A DNA stretch of 64,000 nt from Octopus sinensis (taxonomy: Eukaryota). Under the pieces are notes generated by a model, which was not told the origin of the DNA, searched no databases, and was given only the letters and a program-made list of their open reading frames with translations. The first letter of the stretch is position 1. Every line of letters starts with the position of its first letter. Made by a program: the position numbers and the translations under genes. Below are positions 26,161 through 39,790 of this stretch, piece after piece. Location of the stretch: NCBI RefSeq assembly GCF_006345805.1, contig NC_043000.1, positions 128,216,001-128,280,000 of the forward strand, read 5' to 3'.

Positions 26161-27252
26161 TAAATTCCTCTACTAATACCTGCTGAGAAGTTTGTGCATA
26201 TGTTTATATCGTTTCAAGTCAAGATTTTCCCTTCAGCACCAAATCAACCTTAGGATAATTAATCTCGAGGAGCATAATTTCAGATATGACATTCTCCGCT
26301 CATATATTCCCCACTCTATGACGAAAAAGTAAGATTTCTTATCCAAAGTATAAAGTAATGGCTGAAACATAAATTAATGAATTTATTAATGATTAAATTC
26401 TGGCTTATGTTTGTTCAGATCTGTACACTTCTGTAAGAAAATGTGCTATTATCCGCAAGCCACAAAATATTCGTTCCTATCGTGTACCCATAAGTCAGCT
26501 CTGATTGAACGGACTTATAATGAAATAAATTCCGACCATGACCAATACTTCTTATTTCAAATATAGGGTAGACACAGGCATGGGTGTGTGGTTAAGAAGC
26601 AGCTCTGTGAAAGAAAAACGTGAGAATATGTACCAGTCATTAGAAAATTAGTTCTGGGGTCAATTTGTTCGACTAAACTCGTCAAGATGGTGCACCAGTA
26701 TAGCTGCAGTCCAGGTAAAAGATAAAAGTGTGTTTAAGACTAAAATTACCCACTTTTAAGACTGTATAAATCTTTTATAAATATACTATTAACTCAGCCA
26801 CGATAATTGCTGGTAACAGCATAGCGTACTACGTTAAATGTATGTCTTAGTCTTTAACTTGTTGATGAACGGCTAAAAGAATCTCAGTTAGTACCACCTT
26901 GAGATCTGTGGATGATGTGTAACTAAGTCAATAAAATTGATTAAAATAATAAAATAAAATTGGCAATCCATATTCTGTAACGGGTGCTATGCAAATTTTA
27001 TAATCAAGAAAATTAGCCTTCAATAGCCCCAGTTCACGCGTCTGTAACTAACTGCCATACTTTATGTGATCGTGCAATCTGATAGAAATAGTAGTCAAAC
27101 ATCCCTCCAGTTGCACCCTACTACTATGAAAAGGATAAGGTATTCTTGGATACACTTTTTTTTTTCTTTTTTGATGTAGTGATCACAACTGGAAATTATT
27201 TCATTATCGGTCTGTCCGATCAGTACCAACCTACGGATAGAAAACAAAACGA

Positions 27253-27289
<37 letters not shown>

Positions 27290-27595
27290 AAGGCGCGTGG
27301 CCTAGTGCTTAGTATGTTGCACTCACGATCGCTAGATGGAAGCTTCAATTCCTGTGTTCTTCAGCAAAACATCTTATCTCACATAGTTTTCCGATCACTT
27401 CGAAACCTGATGTGTAGTACACAGTGAACCTGTTCAGGAAACGTTAATTTGATGGAGGAAGTGAGCTAATGTACTGCATATACATTAAATCACTAAAATA
27501 AACAAATCATTTGAGCAGGTCTGTCAGTAAAACTAACAAAAGAAAATGCAAAAACAAAAACTGAACACTCATACGTCTCTTTGATGGGAGATTCC

Positions 27596-27633
<38 letters not shown>

Positions 27634-27873
27634 TACGTTTATGTATTTGTTTTGCTAGATTCCTGATGTGAAATCGTGTGTTGAAACAGATAGAATTATA
27701 TTTCTGGACAGTATATTTTTTTCTTCTCAAATAAACACACGCACTGTATATTCGTTCTTCACTTGTTTGTTAAATAAGAACAATAATAAACAAGTGAAGA
27801 ACGCATATATAGTGCATGTTTTTATTTAAGAAGAAAAAAATTGACCATCCCGAAATATAACAATATAACAATA

Positions 27874-27931
<58 letters not shown>

Positions 27932-28229
27932 TATATATATATACACATACACACATACATACATACATACATACATACATACATACAATACATACATACA
28001 TACATACATACAGACAGACAGACAGATAGACAGAAAGACAGATAGACAGACTGACACAGTGTGCGATGGGTAAATTGTCGCTTGCTACCTAGCTACCTAC
28101 AGCCTACGGTGCCATACTATCCGTTCTTTTCAGCTATCTAATACTTTCTTGATTATTCTGGCCAATGAGGCAAACATTTTGTAACAGATCTACTGGGCAC
28201 TCTATTCCAATTTCCTTTATTATTATTAT

Positions 28230-28610
28230 TTTCATTGGCATTTTCTTCCAATTCTGTTTCCATTTCTTGCCGAGTGTCTTCTTGACACTTTGGGCAGAGA
28301 AACGTACTGTATATATTGGTAGGCTATTAAAATAAACACACCAGATTGTTCATTTACAAAGTCATATGATAGAGAAAAGGGGAGGATAGAGAGAAAATGA
28401 AAAATAAAAAATAAAAAGTAAACAAATAAAATAAGGGTGGGAGGAAATTCACAGCGACAATGCTCTTCTCAATACGTGTGACGTACCAGATAATGCAATC
28501 TTTTGCATTTCCTGCAAGGATGGTAAGCCAGGGATCATTCTTAAATAATTTTCAGTTCCTTTTTTGATCATTCTAAAAGCTCCTACATTCACTGGTATTG
28601 TAGCAAGGCA
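28230..28610 (-). mobile_element. 3' end of R4-like family B
   Basis: Track ORF 28449..28631 (TIPVNVGAFRMIKKGTENYLRMIPGLPSLQEMQKIALSGTSHVLRRALSL) plus a 3'UTR homologous to 11065-11245. Confidence 0.7.
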
Positions 28611-29082
28611 ATAAGGGTACACCAGGCACATGCATCACAACTATATGTGGATGGCATGGTAATCTTATATCACGATAATCTGCGCATGACATTGCAGGTG
28701 GAATCCAGTTAGAATTTTCTTCAGGTCGAGTAGCCCATCTCGCTCAAATGATCCTTGAATAAGGGTTGTTTAAGGATGTGAGCAAAACACCCGTGTTTCC
28801 AGGGGTGAATTATTCAAACTCCAAAGAATTCCTCTCAACACATGGCTATGATGCTCCCCCACTACTTCTGTTCGTGATCAGAGATGCACATATCGTCAGC
28901 CACCAAAGCACATGCTCAACTGGTTATGGTCAAACAACTGACAAGCAAATCTGTGGTAATGAGCAGAATATTTGCTGTAGCCCATCTTTTATACCAAGAC
29001 AAAACAATGTACATGATAACACTTCCAATCAGTTAAGATCAGAAGCCATGAGTGCCACTGCCTGCTACTGCATCAGGGCATT
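28611..29082 (-). mobile_element. Second copy of element C, 3'-truncated and fused directly to family B
   Basis: Reverse-complement match to 11311-11783; junction gtacccttat|tgccttgctac has no TAA spacer. Confidence 0.7.
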
Positions 29083-29140
29083 TATTATAACTATTATTAT
29101 TATTATTATTATTATTATTATCATTATTATTATTATTATT

Positions 29141-29600
29141 CTATGTTTGACTTTTGCTTTATATTTGTACAAGTTGGCTCCAAGTCTCACCCAGAGACCT
29201 CAAGAGACAACAGGGTTGGAAGTTCATGTTGTTGTTATGCCTAGTGTGCCATATATTTGGGGGGTGGAGATGTTGTACTAATGAATGTCTAAAAAAAAAA
29301 AGTTTATTTTTTTATTTTTTTTAAACCGAAAATTATGTTTGTTTTAAACCTTGAGATTACATAGAGAGTATTTTGCGTAGGATATGAGCAGTTCCCATGA
29401 GCACTATCTTTTGAACTTCTGCGGCATTTTGGGTTTCCTAGTATCTGAGTTAGGTAGCTATCAGCCCCTTTTGCTATCATTCCCAGGGCACCTATGACAA
29501 CAGGTATTGTTTTAGTCTTCAGCTTCCACATTTTGCTGATTTCTATTTCAAGATCTTTATATTTGCTCAGTTTTTGGTAGGTTTTGACAGATACGTTTAT
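29141..29600 (-). mobile_element. 3' end of R4-like family D
   Basis: IDINVSVKTYQKLSKYKDLEIEISKMWKLKTKTIPVVIGALGMI, then 3'UTR and a (TAA)n tail on the - strand. Confidence 0.75.
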
Positions 29601-29616
29601 ATCGATCAATAATACG

Positions 29617-29685
<69 letters not shown>

Positions 29686-29701
29686 GTTGTTGTTGTTGTT
29701 G

Positions 29702-29754
<53 letters not shown>

Positions 29755-30270
29755 TATTTTAATATGTTACAATCACTCGCCGAGACACACCCAGCGTCGT
29801 TGGGCGAGTGAAGGATAAGAGATGTTACAGTATGACTGAAAGCTTGGGGAGGGGAAGTGGCAATGGCAATAGCGAAATATCTTCATGTAATACAACACAT
29901 ACATTTAAATTGATAGGGTTTTTCTGAGGTTGTGGGCAGTACATGTCAGCACAATCTTTTGGATTTCTCTGAGACATGGTTCTGACATCTCTTTCTTATC
30001 ATATCAAGGGCACACATAATAACAGGAACAGTTCTCGCTTTTAGGTGCCACATCTTTTGTATTTCAATTTCCAGGTCCTTATATTTACTTAATTTGTCAA
30101 ATTCCTTTACAGATATATTTTTATCAGTGGGAACACTTACATCTATTAGTCTACAAGTATTTTTGTTCTCTGTCTTTAATGACTATGTCAGGTCGATTAG
30201 CCTTGATCGTTCTGTCAGTGTTGACTGGAAAATCTCAGAAGATAGTGACATTTTTACCTCCAACGACTAG
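29755..30270 (-). mobile_element. 3' end of R4-like family A (degenerate RLE domain)
   Basis: Reverse strand reads VTIF*DFPVNTDRTIKANRPDIVIK...; its 3' part is the reverse complement of 10514-10715; (TAA)n on both sides. Confidence 0.7.
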
Positions 30271-30271
30271 C

Positions 30272-30344
<73 letters not shown>

Positions 30345-30346
<2 letters not shown>

Positions 30347-30845
30347 GCCTTTGCCCAGCTTCTAACGCTGGAGATTACTACGGTGTCAACTGTTCACTAG
30401 CAGTGAACTAAGATAACACCTCTTATTTTTCGAGCACCTTCCGGAGTATTCGAGCGGATTTAAGCAGTGTTGTTTTCTGCAAGTGATCTGCCCTTATTGC
30501 AACCTCTATTTGTTCCATGTACTTCTCAAGATGTTTACTCACTGTTTCCAGGGCTCCGACAATTATTGGTACTACTACCACCTTTTTCATCGACCACAAC
30601 TGCTTAACCTTCCAAGCTAACCTGTCATATCTATCGACTTTCTTTCTTCCTTATCGCATACCTTGTTGTCAGCTGTGCATACTATATCTATGATCCAGCA
30701 TAGTTTGCTTTCTTTCTCAATTAAGACATTGTCTGGCTTCCTATTCTCTATCTCATGGTCGCACTGAATCAAAATCCCACAGGATCTTTGCATTATCATT
30801 TTCGATGATGCCTTCGGGTTTGTGGTCGTACCAATTTTTTGTGGT
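30345..30845 (-). mobile_element. 3' end of another R4-like family (F)
   Basis: Track ORF 30617..30853 (ILIQCDHEIENRKPDNVLIEKESKLCWIIDIVC), followed by VVPIIVGALETV...LQITCRKQHC-like degenerate frames; (TAA)n on both sides. Confidence 0.65.
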
Positions 30846-30877
30846 CGTACCAATTATTATTATTATTATTATTATTA

Positions 30878-30913
<36 letters not shown>

Positions 30914-31538
30914 AAGAAGAGTGCCATTGTCATCTAGTGAACGATATTTCGACATCTTGTGTGTCTTCAACAGGTTCAAAAAATAATTTTGTCAATCTAC
31001 TTCATTTTGGTTAATATATACATAGTAACTCCTTCAGAAGATATAGAGATAAAATTAAAAGAAGAGTGCCATTGTCATCTAGTGAACGATATTTCGACAT
31101 CTCGTGTGACTTCAACAGGTTCAAAAAATTTATTATGGTGATAGTGGTGGCCAGAGATGATAATTGGTTGTATTAAGGTAAATATTGTAACTTAGCCTAC
31201 CATAATAGCTTACTAAATTTTCATGGTTCTTATACATTAAAATGTGTAAGACATTCGGTTTGGTGTATTTTTTTTTTTTTTCGTAGACTAGGTCTGCCAA
31301 AATTGGGGAGGGGCGCCTTATATGCCTGTGCATCTTTTTTGTCTGAAAATATGGTATATTGGAATTTTTTAAGCAAGTGCTCAAATATGTCAGCTGATCA
31401 CTGTCAATGTCAGGAAAGAGAGAACACTACGGACAAACAAAATACACACATATACATACATATTTACGGCTACAGCTTCACTACTGTTTCCGTACCCTAA
31501 ATTCCGATCGCAAAGATTCAAGGATTAGCCAACCAGAG

Positions 31539-31632
<94 letters not shown>

Positions 31633-31813
31633 TATATAAAAGCAATTAAGATTCAAGTCAATTCTAATGAATTCACTTGAATGTGGTACTTAACTTAGAT
31701 GCACCAGAAAACTATATGGTGTTAACCATACAGTAATGTGGGGTGATTATAAACGAGAAAGAAGCAACAAGAATGAATCCATTCTTGTTGCTTCTTTCTC
31801 GTATATATATATA

Positions 31814-32190
31814 GGGGTGGCTGTGTGGTAAGTAGCTTGCTAACCAACCACATGGTTCCGGGTTCAGTCCCACTGCGTGGCATCTTGGGCAAGTGTCTTC
31901 TGCTATAGCCCCGGGCCGACCAATGCCTTGTGAGTGGATTTGGTAGACGGAAACTGAAAGAAGCCTGTCGTATATATGTATATATATGTATGTGTCTGTG
32001 TTTGTTCCCCTAGCATTGCTTGACAACCGATGCTGGTGTGTTTACGTCCCCGTCACTTAGCGGTTCGGCAAAAAGAGACCGATAGTATAAGTACTGGGCT
32101 TACAAAAAGAATGAGTCCCGGGGTCGAGTTGCTCGACTAAAAAGGCGGTGCTCCAGCATGGCCGCAGTCAAAATGACTGAAACAAGTAAA
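31814..32190 (+). mobile_element. SINE family 2, second full copy
   Basis: Co-linear with 3883-4262, few substitutions. Confidence 0.85.
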
Positions 32191-32298
32191 AGAAAAGAAA
32201 AGAAAGAATATATATATATATATATTATATATATATATATATTATATACATACATATATATATATAATATATATATATACTATATTATACATATATAT

Positions 32299-32341
<43 letters not shown>

Positions 32342-33645
32342 TGTGTGTGTGTGTGTGTGTATGTGTGTTGTGTGGGTGTGTATGTGTGTGTGTTATATAA
32401 TATTATTTAGTATAAGAAACTTGCCCTATGCACCACGGAGTGTGATCGAACCCGGAACCATATGGTTGCAAAGCTAACTTCTTAACCGCACCACCATGCC
32501 TCTTGCAATTATGTTGTCTTTGCCTTATTGTTTCCAAGGGTTTTTGTTGCTGCTTTTTTTTCTCCTAGATTGCTCTGGCTGATATCTCAGAAACACAGTC
32601 TCATAGCTGGAAATGGTGTCTACTGTTCTCAAGTTTTATTTTGGCTTTTGTGCAAAATGTACTTAACGAGGGATTCCTTGCTCCTGAATTACATTGAGGG
32701 TTAATTAGCAAGGTGAGATCTAATAAACTCGTCAGTGCTCCATGCTAGGGTTTTCAGTATCGTCTATTCTCTTTATGGCTCACGCTTTTTTTTTTATTAT
32801 TTCATTTCAAGCTCCCGTGCACAACCTTCTCAGTGAACTGATCTATTTTGTTTTGTTTTTGTTGTAAAGTTAGGTAGGATTTTCATATGTTCCTTGGAAA
32901 GAGATCGGTGTCAGTTTTTATTCCATATCTCTGCTCAAGTTCATTAGCTACTCTAACAAGGTTATCGCTTTCATGTTTATAAACTTGAACCAGATAGTTA
33001 CTGAGCTCTTTTCTCAGCTGCAGATGTTTCTTTAGTCTTGCAATCCGGGCCTCCTATGATGTCAGACTACCTCCCGTACGTGGGAAATATATTCTATTTA
33101 CATCCTTTCATTGATGTTCAAATTTCTAGAATCACTGAGTAGTCTGTATTTTTGGTAAATCCCGTTGAGTGTTTGCAATGACCATTTGCGAAGGTCAGAG
33201 ATGCGTAGGGGCGTGGACGAATAATGCCACCGCAAAAGTGTTGCGAATAATATGACTGCTGTACTCGATGGTAGATGAGTGTATATATATGTATATATAA
33301 TGTATGAATATTCTTTATGTTTATGTATATATGTTTATGTATGTTTGGGTTTTTTTCTGTGTGTATGCATGTATGTACGCAAGCACGTATATGTGTGTGA
33401 ATGTTAGATGAAATTATAGATGCATACTCTAAATATGTAGTATTTTGTTTCCCCGCTGTTAATGCACGTGATTCTGTGTTGGCATACATTCATACATACA
33501 TACATACATACATATATACATACATACATACATACATACATACATACATACATACATACATACATACATACATACATACATAATTATGTGTATGTGTGTC
33601 TATACATACACACACATATATGCATACGTAAGTACATATATACAT

Positions 33646-33682
<37 letters not shown>

Positions 33683-33979
33683 CACAACCATATTTATGTA
33701 AGTATGCATTAATGTATGCATGTGTCAAACTTTGTAGTCTGTCTCTCTCTAACATTCACAATCTCCCCCTTTCTCTCCCCATATATATATATATATATAT
33801 ATATGCATGTGTGTGTATGTGTGTGTATAAACATGACTGTGTTGTGGTAATTGAGTGAGTATAAAATGTGATGAGAGGCGAGACAGGAAAAAGCGAGAGA
33901 AGTTAAAAAATAGCATGGAAAAAGAGCAAGAGGCAGATATGCAGAGAACGAAAGAATGAAAAAGAGAGAGAGGGAGAGA

Positions 33980-34022
<43 letters not shown>

Positions 34023-35126
34023 GAGAGAGATGTAGACAGTCAGAGAATCAGGGTGGGGGGAGGAGAAGAAAATCAGACAGATAGAGACAGAGAGAAACCA
34101 AGATTGAAAATAAAGACGAGCGAGATGTGTTGGGGAGTTGGGAGTCTATATTTATGTTATATTTGTGTTATGTATATATTAGTGGGCAGCAGTAAGAAGC
34201 TGGGTTAGTGGCACTATAGACCAACCTTCTTCTTCCTTTTCTTCTTCTTCGTCTTCTTCTTCTTCTTCTTACTATTATTATTATTATTATTATTAGTTTT
34301 CCTTCTTTTTCTTCTTCTTCTTCTTCTTCTTCTTCTTCTTCTTCTTCTCCTCCTCCTCCTTCCCTTCTCTTTCTTCTTCTTCTTCTTCTTCTCCTCCTCC
34401 CCCTTCCCTTCTCTTTCTTCTTCTTCTTCTTACTATTATTATTATTATTATTATTTTCCTCCTTCTTCTTCTTCTTCTTCTTCTTCTTCTTCTTCTTTTT
34501 CTTCTTCTTCTTCTTTTTCTTCGTCTTCTTCTTCTTCTTCGTCTTCTTCTTCGTCTTCGTCTTCTTCTTCCACTGGCATTCAAATAAAGACGGCTTGAAA
34601 CGGGAGCCAAGGTAAAGGACATGAAAAAAAAAATAGGTGACCGACTTACCAGCGAATCCAACAGCCCCTTTCCAAACTTTTTACATATCTCTCGTCTTTC
34701 CTTTGCAACCCCAGCTCAACCTGCATAACAGCCAACACCAACACCAACATCAACATCAACACCAATACCTTATCCTACCAAACATACTACCACTAACTAC
34801 CACTAAACTAGCACAGCCACCGCTGCTGCCACCACCATTACCGCTGCTCTCACTACGACCACACTACCCTATACTATTATTATCCCTGCTACAACTACCG
34901 TAATTCACAGTCATTATTACTGTTTCTGTTACCCACTTCTTTTTACTGTCGCCACAGCCACCACCTCGTCTGATACCGACCAACACATTTACCCACCGCT
35001 TGCCACCACTACCAATACTACCCGCCACTGCTCACCATCATACGAACACTACCCATTGCTGCTGCTGCTGCTGCTACTGCTGCTACTGCTGCTACTACTA
35101 CTACTACTACCTACTTACTACTACTA

Positions 35127-35163
<37 letters not shown>

Positions 35164-35269
35164 GACATCGCAACCCATAACCGCCGTTGCCACCACCAAT
35201 ACCACTACCACCTTCTACTACTACTACTACAATCATGACCCCCCTCTCGCACTGCCACCGCCGTCGCCA

Positions 35270-36110
35270 CCACCACCACCAACACCAACACCACCACTAA
35301 CACCACCACCACCACCACCACCACCATCATCCACCATCACCACCACCAACATCACCAACACTACTAACACCAACACCACTACCGCCACCGTTATTCCCCA
35401 TCCTACCCTCGCTACCACCATTGCCACTAACACCACCACCACCACCACCACCACCACCATCATCCACCATCACCACCACCAACACCACCAACACTACTAA
35501 CACCAACACCACTACCGCCACCGTTATTCCCCATCCTACCCTCGCTACCACATTGCCACTAACACCACACCACAACCATCCACCATCACCACCACCAACA
35601 CCACCAACACTTACTAACACCAACACCACTACCGCCACCGTTCCCCCATCCTACCCTCGCTACCACCATTGCCACTAAACCACCCCCACCACACCACCAC
35701 CCCACCATCATCCACCATCACCACCACAACACCACCAACACTACTAACACCAACACCACTACCGCCACCGTTATCCCCATCCTACCCTCGCTACCACCAT
35801 TGCCACTAAACACCAACCACCACCACCACCACCACCACCACCCACCATCATCCACCATCACCACCACAAACATCACCAACACTACTAACATCAACACCAC
35901 TACCGCCACCGTTATTCCCCATCCTACCCTCGCTACCACCATTGCCACTAACACCACCACCACCACCACCACCACCACCACCATCATCCACCATCACCAC
36001 CACCAACATCACCAACACTACTAACACCAACACCACTACCGCCACCGTTATTCCCCATCCTACCCTCGCTACCACCATTGCCACTAATACCAACACCATC
36101 AACACTTCCA
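35270..36110. repeat. Complex (ACC)-derived minisatellite, six units of 117-141 bp
   Basis: Anchor ccgccaccgtt..ccccatcctaccctcgctaccac at 35382, 35515, 35632, 35762, 35903 and 36039. Confidence 0.85.
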
Positions 36111-36931
36111 CTAATAAAAGCCAACCGGGGTGTCCCTACTCGGTCACTCAATATGCCAGAAACAGCAGTCAAACACATTCAAAGCAGCACCCTACTATCT
36201 AAAAGAAAAGGCTAAGACACATTCAATAGTATAATCCTAGATACACTCACCATATGAAATAAAGTTGGAATGGTCACAACTAGAAAGCCTTGGAATCAAA
36301 ACTCAACTAATCTAGGGTTTACATGAGGTTAATCAACAACAACAATTGCAGCAGCAGCAGCAGTACTTTCTTAAGGCACGGACACAGAATAGTGGTCCGA
36401 GGTCCTCACAGATCCAGGGGTCCAATTCTGATTTCTATGCTGTGGCTTGATGGCAATAAATAAACGCCAAAAAGGCTCGGTACATTGATTTGCCGGGGGG
36501 TCGATGATGCTGCTAAGACGACCCTGAAACCACTACGTCTGACACCACTGCCGCCTTCTGCACCACCGCCGCCTTCTGCACCACCACTGCTACAAACTCC
36601 GCCACCATCATCATTGTCATCACTACCACCAACACCACTATATCCCTCGACATAGTAAACTATACCAACTTTTCGCCCCACGATCATTACCACCACTGCC
36701 ATATCCAATATTACCACGCCTACCAGTAGTTCTGTTATTCCTAGCCACACTCCCAACCATTACTAAACACTAACACTAATCAACCAAACAACATCATTGT
36801 CTTCAAGTTAACCCGATGATCAAATATTCCCTTCCAATGTCCTCAGGTTTATCTTATAATCTGTCCATGTTTCTGCTGTTGATGGTAATGATGATAATGA
36901 AGACGATGATCAAAATCTTTACTCACCCCTC

Positions 36932-36977
<46 letters not shown>

Positions 36978-37366
36978 ATATACACATATATATACACACA
37001 CACACGCACACATACACACTCGCACACATACACACTCGCACAAATACAAACACAAACACGCACCCCACACAAACACCGTTATATTTACTTTTGCCTTATC
37101 TCTTGATATTGCGTATCATATAAGGAAAAGTATCCTTGTATGACTGGTCACCAATTACCTGTTTCGCTTTTTTTTTCGTCATCATACTTTTCGTTTGTTC
37201 ACTTCCTATTTCCAGCAGCTTTTGCTGCTGAAGCCACCAAAATGAACGATTTTATCGTTAAAGGCATGAAATTGTTACAATTTTTGGACGATAACTGACG
37301 AGGACGAAGCAAGTCCACGTGTTGTGTGTGCATTTTCCATTCGTTCTCATCTTTCTGTGCAATTTT

Positions 37367-37397
<31 letters not shown>

Positions 37398-37426
37398 TAT
37401 ACACATACACACACACCACACACACA

Positions 37427-37464
<38 letters not shown>

Positions 37465-37476
37465 ACACCACACATA

Positions 37477-37523
<47 letters not shown>

Positions 37524-37524
<1 letters not shown>

Positions 37525-38346
37525 GTAGTCTGATCAACAAGTATCCGGACTATTGCCATAGTAACAAAGCTAAAGCACGCAGAGTAATGCTGCTTGGCAC
37601 AGATTGACCGTGAGCTCTGCTGTGCGTGTGGACTAAATTTTAACGTTCTAGCTCACTTCCGCTGTTTACAGCAGTGCTTGGAAGGAACGTGTGTAACGTG
37701 TGATCGTCGCATTGACCATGACAGAGAAAGTTGAGCAGAGAATCTGCATCAAATTTTGCCAAAAATTGTGTCGTTTTCGACACAGTCAGGGAGATCTCGT
37801 GCAGCTGAAAGCCCTGTGTCTTCTTGATCAGTTGAAAGCAGTTTGGGCACAAACTTGGCAGACACACATCTCATACCCAAATCTTCAGTGATAATAGACT
37901 GATTTGAACCATATCTAATCTGCACATCCTCCGATAACTCACAGATGGTGATTCGACGATTTCCCTTCACAGCTGCACGCACACCTGCGATGTTTTTCTC
38001 AGTTCTGCTGGTTGCGGGTCTCACAGAAAGGTTCGTCACTTTCGACATTTTTCGGCCATCTTGGAAACGTCTGAACCACTCGTTCACTTGTGTGCGGCTC
38101 ATACATTCCTCTCCATACACCTTCTGCATCTTTGTGTAGACCTCTGAGCAGTTATCACCATGACAACTTTCTCTGTCACACGTTACACACGTTCCTTCCA
38201 AGCACTGCTGTAAACAGCGGAAGTGAGCTAGAACGTTAAAACTTAGTACGCAAGCACAGCAGATTTCAAGGCCAATTTTTGCCAAGCAGCTTCACTTTAG
38301 CTTCGTCACTATGACAACAGTCCGGATACTTATTGATCAGACCTCG
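37524..38346. mobile_element. Second mariner derivative with the same two-5'-halves architecture, inserted in (TA)n
   Basis: TA at 37522-23 and 38347-48; MTEKVEQRICIKFCQK on +; EVYTKMQKVYGEECMSRTQVNEWFRRFQDGR...VSAKFVPKLL...CVENDT on - (track ORF 37749..38285). Confidence 0.85.
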
Positions 38347-38394
38347 TATATGCATAAATACACACACACACACACTCAAACACACACACACACA

Positions 38395-38425
<31 letters not shown>

Positions 38426-38446
38426 ACACCACACACCACACACACT

Positions 38447-38483
<37 letters not shown>

Positions 38484-39389
38484 AAACACACACACACACT
38501 CAAACACATATGTCGTAAAAGGCGTGAAATTGTTATGGTTTTTGGACGATAACTGATTTAGTCACAGTACACATGTTGACCATTATATAATGGTTGCTAC
38601 GTATATTGGTCTGTACATATACTGGAAGTTAGTTATTGGTCAGTTTTTAAAAGTCTTGGGTTATGCTTTTTTTGCCTTTTCCGTTAACTTTTTAATTCTG
38701 GACTAAACAGAACAGGTGGAAACACATGGGATGGGAGAGTCGCTGAAGAGGTCACAGCTATATAACAAAAGATTTCCAAACAATAGACATAAGTTGAAAT
38801 AAGAACAATAATTTTTTCAGATTTTAATTATTTCTGTGGTAAAATAAGCATTTTCACGCTCAAAAAATAATGAATTAATAAATAAAACTACAGTACAGTA
38901 CTCCTCTGTATAACACATTAATTAAGATATATTAAAAGAAAATACGTAGTGTACTGTAGATGAATAAACAAAGATTCGCATATAGTCGGGAGACGAGTGA
39001 GTGGTATTGTTTTGCATTTACAATATAATAAATATATACAAATTATAGAAATGATAAAAAAAAATATACAGTACAGTACTGTTTCCACTTCACGGATTTT
39101 CACCTATCGCGAGATCGGGGGGGGGGGGCAACATAACACCCACGATAGTCGAGGTATTACTGTACGTTGCTTAAAGTGACCTTACATTTTTAAAGCGGTG
39201 AGGTGTTAATTGGGGGAGATTTGGCTGCATTTAAGGCAGGTCTAGTCATGGGGTTTAGAGTCTCCCTCTTCATGAAAATGTATTTGGGTGCATAGTTCGA
39301 AGATGTGGCTTTCTAGATTCTGCAGAAGACAAGTATTGCATATATCTTCAATTTTTTTCCTCTAGAGGGTAGTATAGTGAGATTCTCTC

Positions 39390-39790
39390 AGCAGTAGATA
39401 TTTTATATGAAAGTAAAAGACAAAATTAAATGTAAGAAAATATGATATTAGCCATAAACATATGGGTGGGAACAGTAATGAGATATGCTGTGGGTATACA
39501 AAGACAAAATAAGGAAGAACTGAAGAAACGAGACACAAAGACGCTGAATGTGATGACAACTCATGGGGCATTACAGCCGAAAAGTGACACCCAACGGGTT
39601 TATCTGTACTGGAAAAATGAAGGAAGAACTTTGATATGTTGCGAAGAGAATATAAAAAGTGAATACAACAGCCTGGTATTGTATGTAGCATATAGTTCAG
39701 AACTTTTGTTGGTTGGTGTAGAAGCTTCTGGTGTGAGAGAGACACTAGACTGCATTGATAAGAATGACTAAGAGAACATTAGAATAGAAG
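39390..39790 (+). mobile_element. Old R4-like RT C-terminal remnant
   Basis: AINIWVGTVMRY...EELKKRDTKT..VMTTHGALQPKSDTQRVYL...GRTLI parallels the young element's INTLAVPVISY...MHHPKSDIERLY...GRGLI. Confidence 0.7.
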
